From: Blastocladiella emersonii ATCC 22665
Taxonomy: Eukaryota > Fungi > Blastocladiomycota
NCBI GenBank assembly: GCA_025594325.1
Contig: JANHCV010000008.1
Coordinates: 1,736,001 to 1,800,000 of the forward strand
Direction: 5' to 3'
DNA length: 64,000 nt
This document shows positions 10,408 through 23,281 of this stretch, piece by piece. Numbering within the stretch: position 1 is the stretch's first letter; each line of letters opens with the position of its first letter. Below the pieces are notes generated by a model that saw only the letters and a list, made by a program, of their open reading frames with translations, had not been told where the DNA came from and did no database searches. Both the position numbers and the translations under genes were made by a program.

Positions 10408-13102
10408 TCAGCGCGCCCAGCACCGGCACGGTGTTGATGATGGTGATGATGTCGTTCTTGCACTCGAGCTGTTGCGGTGGTGGTGGTGGTGGTGGTGAGG
10501 TTGAACTTGCGGAAGCGTGGTTGCAGTTGCAGTCGAGCTCGAAGTGGTGCCGGTGCCGGTGGTGGTGGTGCGGGTGTGGATGGGATGCGGGTACGAGGCG
10601 GGCGCGCTGACCGAGCAGGTTGAGTGTCGAGGGTGTTGAGGGTGTTGAGCTCGAAGTTGTTGATGCTTGGGGTTGTCGATGCTTGAGTGTTGATGAACCG
10701 ACCGGCCTACACGCGCGCGGATCAGGTCAGTCAACGGGGCAACGATACATGAGCGAAAGAACAGAGGGAGAACATACACAGCGTGTGCGGATCAGGGTCG
10801 ACGCCGTCGCGGCCACGCGCACCCATCGGGGCACGCACGGACATCGCGCGGCTGGCCAACCTCGCCTGAACGAGTGGCCAAGAACCGGCCTCCGGCCTAC
10901 ACGGTGCGAGCACGAACGAGTCAGTCATCCGGATCACGCGAGGGAGGCCGAGAAGCAGGAGAAGACGTACGCTTACTGCGCGGGGCGTGCTCTGCCGCTA
11001 CCGCGCACCTCAACAGGGCGCGGGTCTCTGCGGCCAACCACCTCGCGCCTTGCGCGAGGGGCCAGGGGCTTGGGCCGGGCCTACACGGAACAGACACACG
11101 CGCGCGGGTTAGTCACGGAGATCGATCGTCGATACGCGCGAGAGTGCCGAGGACGTACGCTTTGCGCGCGGCCGAACCCACTGGTCTTGTGCCCCGCGCT
11201 CTGCTGCAGAGCGCGGGTCAACCGGTTCGCAGCACCGGCCTCTCACGGGCCAGGCGCGACACCGGGCCACGCACGCTCGCGCATCAAACGCGGGACTTTT
11301 TTTTTTCTTGCCTCGCCCGCACGCCCGAATATGACCTCGAAGAGGCCCTCGTGGCGTGCGGCGCTGAGGCGCCGGTCCGACCCCGGTCGCGATCCGCTCG
11401 GTCGCACCACCGCGACACACACTCGCACTCTTGGCGAGCGGCGCGGCGGTGGGGCCACGCTCCTTGGCGCGGCTGTCGGCGGAAGGGGACCCGTGTGGAC
11501 GGCGGCCGCGGCGCCCCCGCGAGGGAACGCGCCGCAAGGGCCGCCGTGGTCGAACCGGAATACTTGCGGCCGCTGTGCGTGCCGGGCACTATTGGCCCGC
11601 GACACGCTCTGCTGGCCGCTCACCGTGGTTGTAGTGGTGTCGATGAGCTGGTGGTGGTGGTGCCTTCCGAGGTGAGCCGTCAAGGCTGCCGGCGGTGGCA
11701 GCCTGCGACTGGACCTGGATGGCGGGGTCCCCGGGCAGTAGCACGCGCGAAATGCTCGCGGCGGCGGCGAGCGGCTCGAGTGAACCACCCACACACACGC
11801 GTACGCGAGCAAGTGCGGTACCCGCTACCCGAGGCGACGTGCCGAGGGAACCGCCGTCGCGGCGCGCTTGACTTGACTTGAGGAGCAGGCCGCGGAGCGA
11901 GCGCGTTGGGGTCGTACTCGCTGCGGCCTCTCAGCGCGCGACGGCGGATGTCGGGACGTCGTAGCTAACCGTGACGGGCTGGACCGCGTACAGCTGGGGC
12001 GAGGAGAAGGTACTCGAGAACTCGGACTGGGAGCCCTCGAGGTCGTCGTCTCTCGCGCGAGCTGCTTGAGGGTCGGGACCGAGGAGGAGGCGTGGCGGCG
12101 ACGCAGAAAAGGGTCGGGTGCGTCGCCGCGCCTCGGTCCACGCGGTAGAGCCGGTCGGGCACGCCGGCGCGCGGGCCACTGTGGTCGGTGACAGCGACGT
12201 TGCGAGACCGGGACAGCGAGGAAGCGTGGGGAGCGGGCGCCCGTCGGCCTGCGGGGTGCAGGCGACACGGCAACCCGGACCCCTCTTCCTCACCGTCCCT
12301 TGCCCGTCTGTGGGGCGTGGTCTCGCGCGGAAGCCGTCGGACCCGCGCGTGCCGGAGGTGCTGGTAGTGGTGGGGCGATCGAGTCGAGCTGCGTGATCTG
12401 GCGCGAGGTCGGTGGTACTCGATGGCGGCCGTGGCGGTCGCGACGGCAGCGGCGGCAAACGTGGGGCGGCCGCGCGTCGGACGCGCGCGTGTGTGGATCC
12501 CGCGACAGGATCGGGTGCGAGGAGGCGATGGGCGAGCGAGCGAACCGCGGGTCGTGGCGGCGCTGCTGGTGCCGTCGACTCGCGCGCGGGATCGGGATCG
12601 TGACCTGGTGGTGGTGATGGTCGGTCGTATCGCGCGACCGGTGTCGTCGCCCGTCTGGCCAGCGAGCCTGGCTGACAAGGACGTGCGAGAAAAGGGACCG
12701 GTAGCGGCGCCCCGCGCGGGCCGGCCGACTCGAGAAAGGGCACGAGTGCGGCTGTGGCAGCGGGCGGCGGGACGCAATCTCAAGCGAGTGACGCTGGGTG
12801 GTCGACACGCGAGAGAAAGCGTGTAGGGGCGTGAGCGCGTCGTCCGGCGCGATGATCTGGATGGATGGATGGACGAGAAGTACCGCCGAACTGCTCCTGG
12901 TACGAGTACAGGTACAGGTACTGGCCGAGGAACGAGGTGGCGAGCAGGTGCGGCGGACTTGGGGTGGGTGGCCGGTCGTGGCCGGGCGGCGACAGGTCGT
13001 CGCAGCTGCGGAACGCGTCCTTAGAAAGACGCGAACGTGGCCATGACCGTCGTGGTAGTGCGCGGGTACTGGGCGCGCGGTCTCGGCGAGCGAGACGGAC
13101 AT
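10408..13102 (-). other. Cryptic spliced locus or decayed gene; left-arm copy of 26913-29607
   Basis: Mirror of three canonical intron-like units; no coherent long reading frame. Confidence 0.35.
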
Positions 13103-14829
13103 GATTGTGAACGTGAAGAACAGGCAGATGCCGGCGCCTTGAGAAAAGCGCGCGGATGTACGGCAAAAGGACTCGCGCGCGGCGGTCGCGGTAGTGGACG
13201 CCTGCGGCGAGTCGGCGCGGGGGCTCGCTCGGTCGTGTCGTTGATCAGGTCGACCGAGTCAATAGTCAGTCGTGGCGGGAATACGCGTGACCATGATGAT
13301 CTGCATGGGGACGCGGAAGCGCGCCGCGACGTGGCTGGCCGGCCGGTTGCCGTGTACCGTGGGTGGGTGATGTGGTGGAACCGGGTGCGGCCGCGGATGG
13401 GTCAAAAATCAAAAAGAACAAACACACGGGCGTCGAGGTGCGGAATGCACTCTACACGGGCGACGCGACGCGACGAGTCAGCTGGCCGTGTCCGCCAAGG
13501 CGGGTATCAGCAGCAGCGCGAGATCCGTACCAAGAGGCCTGGATCTCGGTGTGGTGTGGTGTGGCGGGTCGCGACTCTCGAGGAGCTGGTACTGGTGGTA
13601 CTGCCGGTACTGGTAGCCCTGGTGGTGCGCGAGCCCGTGTACGCGTGGCACGAGGTAGTCGAGGCCGGGACGTGAGCTGCGAGACGATCTCTCGCGGTAT
13701 CGGGCCGTCGGTCGACCTGGCCGTGAGCGTGAGCGTGAGCGTGAGCTTGTAGGTACCGCCGCCGTAGTTGAGCGTGGCGGCGAAAATCGTCGAGATAGTC
13801 GGCGCGCTTGGGGCCGGATGACGCGCGCGTGCGAGATCGACGACAATTTTCCCACTGGATCGGCATCGGTGCATGTGAACGTATGCGTTCGGGGCCACTC
13901 CGAGAGCTTTGGCGGCGTCCACGGATCCGCCGCTCTCGCCCGACCACCCAAAAGTACGGATGTACGGGGGTCGAGGCCATGGGAGCGAGTGGGCAATGCA
14001 CCGATGCCGTCCGTACCAGTGGGTCGTGGACGTTGTTGAGTTTGGCCGAGTGCTCGCCGTCGTACCCTCGCAGGATGGCCGGGACGACTTGAGCTGCTTG
14101 CTGGCCTTGGGGCACCGAGTCGCGGACGGCGGGGGCCATGCCGTGCGTGTGTGTACGAGACGCGGTCGGTGCGGGTGCTACGACGACTCGATCGGGACGA
14201 GCGCAATCTTGGTCTGCGGCCGATGATAGAGACGATGCGAGTCGTTCGTGTAGTAGCGGGTGGCGGCCGTGCAGCGCGAGAAGATGGTCGTCGCGCGACG
14301 GCTCGCCGTTGCTCGGAGCCGAGGCCGAGGAATCGACGTTGAGCTGGCGTCGATGGCCGTGCCGGTGACGCGGTCGCGTGCCTGCGAGCGAGCCGAGCAG
14401 GTGCTCGGGACCACGGCGACCGGCGGCCGGGTGCCTGCCCGACACGAGGAGCGCCGAGTACGTGTCGCGCGATCTGGGTCGGGCCGGAACTCGGTGTCGG
14501 CGGGCGCGGCACGGGGCGCGCCGGCAATGACACGACACGAGGTCGCGGCGGCCGCGGGCCGTGGGCCGTGGGACCGCTGGCGTCAAGGAGGGGACTCGAG
14601 CGCCCAGTTGAACTTGTTTTTGCGTTTCTACTTTTGCAGCTGTTTTTGCCGACAGAGTGCCGGGATTTCGTGATTTACTACACAGGAGGGAGTGAGTCGG
14701 GAGCCCGGGACGCGGCCACAGACGGAAAACGTACGAGAACGAGGACGAGAAGAAGGCCAGCCGATGAGCGCGCCGAACGGAAAGCAAAGATGAGAGCAGG
14801 GTGGCGAGGTCCGAGCGAGTCGTTGATTA

Positions 14830-17135
14830 TCACGAAGCAACCCGGCGAGGGTTGACTTTCTTGGACGGCTTGGGGGTGAGGTCCTCGGCGCCGACCTCGC
14901 GCCAGAGCTTCGAGCGCGGGCGCTTTAGGTGCCCGTCAAACACGTCCCAGTGGTCGGATGACAAAGATCCTGCGCCGACTATCTTGTTACCCAGGAGACG
15001 CGTAGCCTCGGTCTGTTTCGGGCGCTTCTCGAGGAGGAAGGAGCGGTCCTCGGCCGTGGCCACGCGTGGAAGCATCCGGCATGCACCGATGAGGAGCGGC
15101 TTCGAGGCGCCGACGTCGACTTGTATGAGCACCCCGCCATACTGAAGCAGTTTCGGGCTGGGCTTCTGCACAACCATCTGCGGGTCGGCAGGCTGCGGGC
15201 GGAAGAACCGCCGTGTCGTCTCCGCTGGGACTTTCGCCCGCCATGAGCGAAGCAGCTTCGAGATGAGCTTGGGCAGCGACTTGCGCCGCAGCGCATCGAA
15301 GTAGTGGTTCCGCGAGTCGAAAGGCTGGACGCGGACCAGCGGGTACTTCTTGGGGTTCGCCTTCATGGCCGCGGCCTGCTCCCACGCGGACCGCCACTTG
15401 AACGTGCGCGGGGGGACGAGCGCGTGGCGGAACGGCGTCGGGCGCTGGATCCCAGGGAGAGCCTTGGCGACGTACGGCGGAATGATGGGCGACTTGCGGA
15501 ACACGGGGTGGATGGCGCAGAAGACCTTGTACGCGAAGCAGACCGCGTCCCACACGATGCGCGACGTCGTGGCGAGGAACGAAAGAATGTCGCCACCCAT
15601 ATCGAGAGCAATGGTGTCGAGGTCAATGTCGCAGCGAGTGACATACTTGACCGTCACCCGCATGGCGGCCGCCAGGTACACGAGGTTGAAGAGCTTGGTC
15701 ATGAAGCGGTCGCCCTCGCACGCGATCTGGATGAGCGGGCAGAAGTCCATGATGGCCGTGAAGAGGCTCGCCGGGAGCACCTCGATGATCGAGGGCAGGC
15801 CGGTCGCGATGCAGCGGATTGCGGTGCGAAAGTACTTGCCGAAGCTACACGGTCAAGAGAGTCAGTGTTGTGCTGATGATGGGCGGCAGAGAAGTCTGTG
15901 TACCACTGCTTCACGAGGCCGAGGAACGTGCGCGTGGTCATCCGGGCGAGGTAGATGCGGTGCGCAACGGAGCGCGGGATCGGGGGCAGCGGGTTGTAGC
16001 CCGTGCGCTTGGCGACGCACGCGACGACGAGCGTGATGAGAGCGACGATCATGGTCGAGATGGACGGGGGAGCCGGAGCGTAGGCGGTCATGGCAACGAG
16101 CGACGAGTCGATGAGCTCGGCGATCGGGGCGGCAATGAAGTTGACGAGGGGCAGGACCGTCGGCTGCTCCAGGGTCGGCGCGGCCGTCGAGGGCACGGTG
16201 GTAGCGACGACGAGACTATCGCCGTTGTCGGACGAGCCGGGCGCCGGGGTGGGCCGAACGCGCATCATGGCCAGCTTGGCGAGGTCGCGGTCCGTGTACT
16301 GGTCGGGCGCGGCGGCGGGCTGAGCGAGCGGCGCCGGGAGGGCCGAGACGTCGGCGGGCTTGTCGTCGACAGCGGAGTGGTCGAAGTAGACGCGCGAGGG
16401 GACGCGCGGGACGGGTTTGTAGAGGGCCGGGGCGATGGCGGCCGCGACGGCCATGGGGGTGAGCGAGAAGTCGGTGCTGATGCAGGCGCCGTGCGGGATG
16501 GCGGCGGTCATGGCGAAGAGCCCCGAGGCGCGGATCGAGTGGGTGCTGTACGGGGTGAAGAGGGTGCGGACCGAGCCCGTAGTCAGGATCAGGGTCTCGC
16601 GCTGCTGCTGCTGGTGGTGGTGGTCGAGAGGCGCGGCGGCCGAAGGCGAGGACGCCTCGGCGGGGTACGTGGCCGAGATCTCGGTGGCGGGCGCCGACGA
16701 GTTGGTCGCGGGCGAAGGAGCGCACGTCGACGGCGGGCACATGTCGGCGTACGCGCACGGGTGGCAGGCCAGCCAGCTGTCGGGCTCGAGCAGGTCCGAG
16801 ACCCACTTCCACGGCGAGGTGCGCGGGGTGGCCGAGTCGATGGCGAGGTAGTCCGATCCGGCGTCGGCGGTCATGCCCGGGACTCGGGGCGGCGGCACGA
16901 GGGTGGTTGTGTTGGTGATGAAGAGCAGGAACTCGGCGGCGGCGGCAGCATGGATCGAGGCAGAGACGGAGGCAGCGGGGGCGACGGGGTAGGCAGCAGC
17001 CGAGACGGCCGCGACGGCGGCGTCGGCAACGGCGGGCATGGGCAGGCCGAAGGCGACGCCCGCGACGAGCGTCAGGAAGACGGCCATGGCGGGCGCGAAC
17101 GCCAGCATGCGGCGGACCTCGCTGAACAGCCACAT
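14830..17135 (-). CDS. Unknown ~748-aa predicted single-pass surface protein A (signal-like N-terminus, Ser/Thr/Ala/Pro-rich region, TM ending CVAKRT, basic C-terminal domain); intron 15845-15903
   Basis: Splicing GTACAC...CTGAC...GTGTAG joins the 478-aa and 316-aa ORFs in frame (LVKQ-C-FGKYF). Hydrophobic MAVFLTLVAGVAFG and MIVALITLVVACV segments. Exact start codon uncertain. Confidence 0.72.
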
Positions 17136-20100
17136 GGTAGACGATCACACCGGGTGCGCGAGGGGTTGGATTCGATTGCTCGGATGCAGCTATCGCGCGG
17201 GCTTTGGGTACAGGGAGCGTCTAGGGCCGGTGCAGGCATCTCGACGGGGCGGGCGGCAGGCGGCGTGGGGAGGGCAGCGCCCGGGCGCGCGCGCGGGCGG
17301 CCCGCGGGCAGCGATTGCAACAAGCTACGTGGCGCCGGGTCGGCCGGGGCGGTGGGCAGCATCGCGGCGCGGGGGAGACGTTTCGCCGACGCGTCGCGGT
17401 GCGAGACGCGTCCGAGACGCGTCCGCGATGCATGAAACACGCGCGCGCCGCGGTCACGCCGGGGCAGGTGGCTCGGCGCGCCGCCATGCTCCGTCTCGCC
17501 CGCTCTCCCCGGCACACGCTGCAACGCGCACGCGGCGGGCGCCCGAGTCGATGAACATGGATGGCAACTCGATGCAATGCTGCCCGCGGGCGACGCCGAG
17601 TCCGCGCGGCCGGGCCGGAGGGCGCGCCGACCGCGCGCGCCGACCGCGCGCGCTTCCGCGGGCCGATGCGGCACCCAGCGCACACCAAGTGGGCGACGAT
17701 GCTTCGGTCGTGTGGTGTGGTGTGGGCCGGCTTGGTTCCAAACCGCGGTGATCGCAATCGTGATGACTCGGCGCGTGAACCCGGCGGCGCGCGTGGCCCG
17801 CATGGCGCCCGCCCGCTCCACCTCACCACCGCTGACCATCCCGCCCGCCCGCCGACCTACTTTCCCGCACGCCCGCATGCCGGCCGACACTTGCGGCAAT
17901 GTCGCGCTCTTCATCGCCGTGAGCGACTGGTCGCGGTGCCCGACCACAACGCCTCTCGACCGAGCCTTCCATTGCAGTTTGCGTCCGTGTTGCCCATGGT
18001 ACGGGACCGCAGGGTCCTCATCCTCGTCCGCGACGTGAGAATCAATCCCGCGAGCGACTGCCCGCGGCGGTGCTGTTCCCGCGGAGCATGAGCGCGCGTC
18101 GCGCCACGCTGACGCGTCAGAGCTCCGCGGCAGCCGCTTCACGTGGGCTGACCGGACCGGCGTGCCGGATCCGCCGAGCGAGCCGACCTCCTTGCCGCCG
18201 AACTCGCTACCTGACTCGCTACCGACGCTCCCCGGCGACAATGTGGATGTATCGACCCGCTAACTTGCCCGCAACGACCTCCCCGTGGGACTCACGACGC
18301 TTGGTCGGCAGCGAACGGCTACCCGCGCCTCACGCGCTTCTTGCCGTCGCCGCCGAGTCTCCTCGTTCGCTGAGACACGCTCTTCCTCAACGTACGCGAT
18401 CCTGACGAACAACGGTGGGTGAACACCGCTTGTTCACACTGCCCGCAGCTCGCAGTCGCGCTCGTCGCTCTCCTAGAACTCTTGTTGCGGTACACCTCTC
18501 GCGGCCTGCTTCCCGACATCCCGTGTGCTCCACCACGGCGAAGCACGCGACCATTGCTGATTTATCGCCTCTCAATACCTCCCGCTACTTGCTCGCGCCA
18601 CTTCTGGAGCTCGCGTGCACGCGCCGGCCGCGCCGGGCGACCCAGCACAATCGACTTTAGAAGAACCCGACGCGCGTACCGGGCGCGTGTTTTTGAACCC
18701 GCGGCTCGTTGCCCGCGGGACCGCGGTGACCTTGCCCGAGCTCGCCGTGTTCTTATGGCGCGATTGCCGATGCACCTCGTCCGGCGCTCTATAGCGCCCG
18801 TCGTCCGTGATTTTGGTCCACGGCCGCGCAACTAACTCTCTGCGGCGGAAACGCTCGACGCCACCCTCTCCACTCCGCGCTCGACCGCTATCATGGCGGC
18901 GGTGGGCGGCGCGTCCTTCTCCCTGACTCGGCCGACGCCTTGGGGCAGCCTGCTTTCGTCGGCGACGCGCAAGATCGCCTCTTGCACCGCTTTCGGCGTT
19001 ATTGGGTGGCGTCGAACGCACCTCAGCAACGCTGCCAAGTACCTTCGGCCGGCAACGGCGACCTCACTAACCACGGGTGCGCTCCCTGACGTGCTCTGCG
19101 ACTCTCCATGCTCTCCGGCAACTCAAACAGGATCATTGTGGTGTTTATGCGGAACCCCCTGCTCGCCTAGCTTCTGTCAATGCGAGCGTCGACAACGCGA
19201 CGGCGGCCACCGAAGTTGGGAGCAGTGCGGTCATCATGAGCCCGGCGTGGCTAGAGAGTGATGAGAGCTCGCTCAAGACCGTTACCAGGATTCTCGTCCC
19301 GCGCCGTACGGTTTCTTGTCGTTCGGGGTGGAACCTCTTCGCGAGCGGGTCCAGCAGCACGTCCTCGATCGGCCTCAACTCTGAGCCGCGCACCGTCGAT
19401 GCCATCAACGCTTCGCAGCCGGGCCGCGTGCGATGTCGGCAAGTCGGGCAACGGAGGTGCGTATCCGGCTCGTCGCCAGGTCGACCACCGCTTCGGGAAA
19501 CTCACGCCGCCTTCAAGCTAGGAATCGACTTTGTTGGGCACCTCATGCCGTGGGACGCGCTCCCGGACCCCGAGGCGCTCGAAGCTCCGACCGACCTCGT
19601 GGTACTCGCCACGGGCGGCGCATCCGCACTCGACAGCCGTCGTTGGGGAGGGCAAGTCGACGCAGCGGCCGCTCTCTCCAGGACCCCTGCACGGGTTTGC
19701 GGCCGTTGTCGGTGCGTACGCGCGCGAACACGGGTCGGCGCTCGGGATCAAGGTATCGGATTGGAGCGCGGCGGGCACCATCAAGTGGATGACGCGGGTC
19801 GCGGCGACACCGCTGGTCCTCATGAATCCGCTGCCCGTGCACGAGTCGTGGCGGGAAGTAGACGAGGAAGATGCTGACGAGTTTGATCCGACGCGGCAGT
19901 CCATGTGCGTCGTCAGCCCGCTGTCGCGGCAGCTGTGGCCGTGGCTCGACGTGGGCGAGTTTCGCGCCAGGAACGGCGAGCGGTGGCATCGGCTAAGGGT
20001 GGCTGATGGTGGTTGCGGCGCACAATAGAGGGCGGTGTATGTTACTCTGAGCCGCGCGAGAGCAAGGGTTGTTGGAGGTCGGTCGGTGGGACGGAGGCGG

Positions 20101-20780
20101 GCCGGGCAGCGACTCCGGCTGTGAGATCGGGCTCCCGGTAAGGTCGAGAGCAGCGGGAGGCCACGGTCAGATTGTCGCATGGGCTTCTCCCAGCGAGATC
20201 AAGGTAAGAGAGATCTCGCAGGTCGGACGAGGGGCCGGGTCGGCGTCGGCGGCGTCGACCTCGTCACGGCGACCTCGGCCGACGGCGCGGAACAACGCAG
20301 AGATGCATTGCGGGCAGTTCTGCGGGTATGGGACCGGCGGAAAAGAGGTGCACCGCGACTCCTGGAGGGGCTCGGTGTCCCATCCGAGCGCCGCAGCGTG
20401 TCTCACCTCGGCTCACGCGATCGCGACGCGCAACGCGTTGCTCATCCTCGTCGACGACCGCCGCAAGCCCGTCGGTCCTCTGTCCCACGACGACCATGGC
20501 GACCATGAACGAACGAGTGCTCGTGCAACGGGCCGAGACGGCGACCAGACGGGCGGGTCGGGGCATCCGCCGCCGCAGCGGTGGTCGCTCCCGCGCGCCC
20601 ACGAGCCGACCATGGACCAAGCATGCGAACGTGGACGAGATGGATGTGTGAGCATGGATGGCGACGGGAGGAGTAGTGCGGGAGCCGGTGGCGGCTGATT
20701 GCAGGGTGAGAGTCGCGTGTGGCGTTCATCATCATCATCACCGCGTCGGTCGGCCGTACCGGCGGATCACCGGGCCGATC

Positions 20781-20835
20781 ACCGACCGCCGACCACCGAC
20801 CGCCGACCACCGACCACCGACCACCGACCACCGAC
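20781..20835. repeat. Heptamer minisatellite (A/G)CCGACC x8
   Basis: Read directly from the sequence. Confidence 0.9.
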
Positions 20836-21579
20836 TAACGTCGCCCGTGCCGCCGCGCGGGATCCACGGGACTACTTGATAGCTACCGCGCGCGGGCACC
20901 GCCGGCGTCGGCGCATCGCATTGCATCCAGTCGCATCCCGACTCGTCCATCTCGTTCGCCCGCGACCCGCCGTCCGAAATCATCGCGCGAGAGAGCGACC
21001 GTCGGTAACGGGCGCGGCGCTCGCTTTCACTTGCCCTCCGCCACGCTCGAACCAGAGTTCGAACCACGGTCCGCCCGCCGCGGTCCGCCACACGCACGCG
21101 GCGGCGCCGCGCTGTCTCCCGCCGGCGCACCCTTCCACTCGCGCGCCGCGCCGCGCCGTGTTCGCGTCCGCGGGTCCGCACCGGCCCTCGACCAATCATG
21201 TCGCGAGGCGCTCGATCGCCGCTTCGTTAGCGGAGCGGGCACTCGGCGCAACGCGTCCCGCACAAGTGTCTCGCGCCGACCCGCCCGCACGTGCTGCGCC
21301 GCGCCCGTGTCTCCGCCGGTGCGCGTGCGCCGACGCGTCGCGCGTCTCCCTGAAAGATGTCCACCGCGCCGACGCGTCGCGCGCGCCGTGCCGTGCACCG
21401 CGGCACCCGCCGTGCCCGCCCGCCGTGCCCGCCCGCCGCGATGCCCCTGCACTCCATGTCGCGGCATCGTCCGCCTCTGCTCTGCTCGTCATTGAAGAGA
21501 TTGAGAAAGTGTATGAGATACAACCTGCTGTAAAGCACGAACCCACCCGGATCCAGAACCACGCGGTCTCGTCGTCAAG

Positions 21580-23281
21580 ATGAAGCCCGTGTGCGACGCG
21601 ATCATCGCCCGCCTCATGGCCGGGCTCATGGCCCTCGCCATCCTGTTCGCGGCCTTCGCCGCCCCCGCCGTTGCCGTGTCCGCCGTCGCCGCTGCCGCGA
21701 CCTGCTCGCCCATCCCGATCGTCTGCCCGGCGACCGTCTGCCCCGCCGTCCTCTCGGACTGCGTCTACCTGATCGAGTTCCCGTCTACGCCCACGTCTAC
21801 CTCGACGTCCATCGCTCGGACCAAGCTGTTCCCGAACCAGACGCTCGCCAACCTGACGCTCGTCATGCTCACGACGACCTCGGCCTCCTCGCTCACCGGC
21901 ACCGACACGTACGACCCGTGCCGCTCGGACCTGTACCGCGCCACCGACCTATCGGCCTCGATCGGCTCGCGGTTCACGCCCGCCTCGATCAACGCGTCGG
22001 CGTCCGCCCTCTCGGCGGCCTCGCACGGCGACGCGTTGTGGACCTGGCTCTCGGGTCTCGTCTCGACCACGGCTTCCGCGTCCGCGTGGCTCACCCTCGC
22101 CTCGGCCTCGGCCGACGCCAACACCAACGTCACGTCGGTTCCGCCCGTGACGGCCAAGAACGGCACCTACGCCAACCAGACCGTCTCGGCCATGGCCGCC
22201 GCCATGTGCCGCGCCCGGACCACGCGCCTTCCCGTCGACGACCTCTCGCTGTTCGCCTCGGCGCCGTCAGCTTTCGGTACGCGTCCATTTCTCACTCTTC
22301 TGCCCGCCACACAAACAGCGCGATTGACCACCGTAAGCTGTATAGCCGACAAGGAGGTCATCACGCTCGCGCAGTTTGACTACGACCTGTACAAGTACGG
22401 GTCCGTCGACATGGCCCTCATGTCGTCGCCCCAGGCGGCCGACACGGTCGTCGCGCTCAGCAAGGGCGCGTTCGTCGGCTCCGACATGACGCTCCTGCCC
22501 GAGACCATCTCGGCCGCCCTGATGCGCCGCCAGCGCATCGACGACATCGAGCAGCAGGTCATCGTGCTGCAGAAGAAGTCGCTCGCCCAGGAGCAGCAGC
22601 TCCTCGCCAAGGACCAGGTGATCTCGGCCAAGGACCAGCGCATCTACGAGCTCGAGCAGCAGCTCAAGCTGGCCCTCACGAAGCCGGTCCGCACCTACAT
22701 CGACTCGAAGCCCGTGCCGGCCGCCGCCGCCGGTCACGGCATGACCAAGGACTCGGCGGCCCCGCTGCCGCCGCTCGCGCAGCCCCTCGCCGCGCCTGAG
22801 CAGCACTCGGCCCGCGACCTCACCAACATGGCCAAGGCGCACATCGAGCCCACGCCTGCTCCACACCACCACCAGGTCCTCGACAACGAGCAGGACCACG
22901 GCCACAACTCGATGGCGGACGCCCGCGCGTACTGGACAGAGACCCGGCTCACCCGCGCCGTCACGCTGATCACTGACGGCCTCGACTCGGCCATGCACGC
23001 CGTCGCGACGCGCGTCAGCTTCCGCTACTCGTCCGTCCCGGCCATCCCGGCGTCGCTCAACCCGTCCAGCGCCAGCTTCCTCGTCGTAATTGACGTGATC
23101 ATGTCGCCGGCCTTCATCACCATCGCGATTTTGGTCCTCGCCGTCGTGTGTGTCGCGAAGCGCACCTCGCTCCTTGACCAGCCGATGGATGATCTCTCGT
23201 AAGTTCTCTCCGTTCTCCGACTTGCGCCGCAGTACCATGATCACTGACTGACCTGGTCACGCGTGTAGGATGCGACTGTAG
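21580..23281 (+). CDS. Unknown predicted surface protein B, N-terminal part (~520 aa; signal-like N-terminus, Cys/Thr-rich region, coiled coil, TM ending CVAKRT); introns 22277-22345 and 23199-23268; paralog of protein A
   Basis: GTACGC...TATAG and GTAAGT...CTGAC...GTGTAG introns; shared motif PLAQPxAAPxQxxxRDLxxxAxxxxxPTPAP; coiled-coil-like QRIDDIEQQVIVLQKKSLAQEQQLLAKDQ. Confidence 0.72.

Larger units (their letters stand above)
5039..14561. repeat. Left arm of large inverted repeat (9,523 bp)
   Basis: Reverse complement of 25454-34976. Every ORF-track entry has a mirror whose coordinates sum to 40015. Both boundaries were read by eye. Confidence 0.97.
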
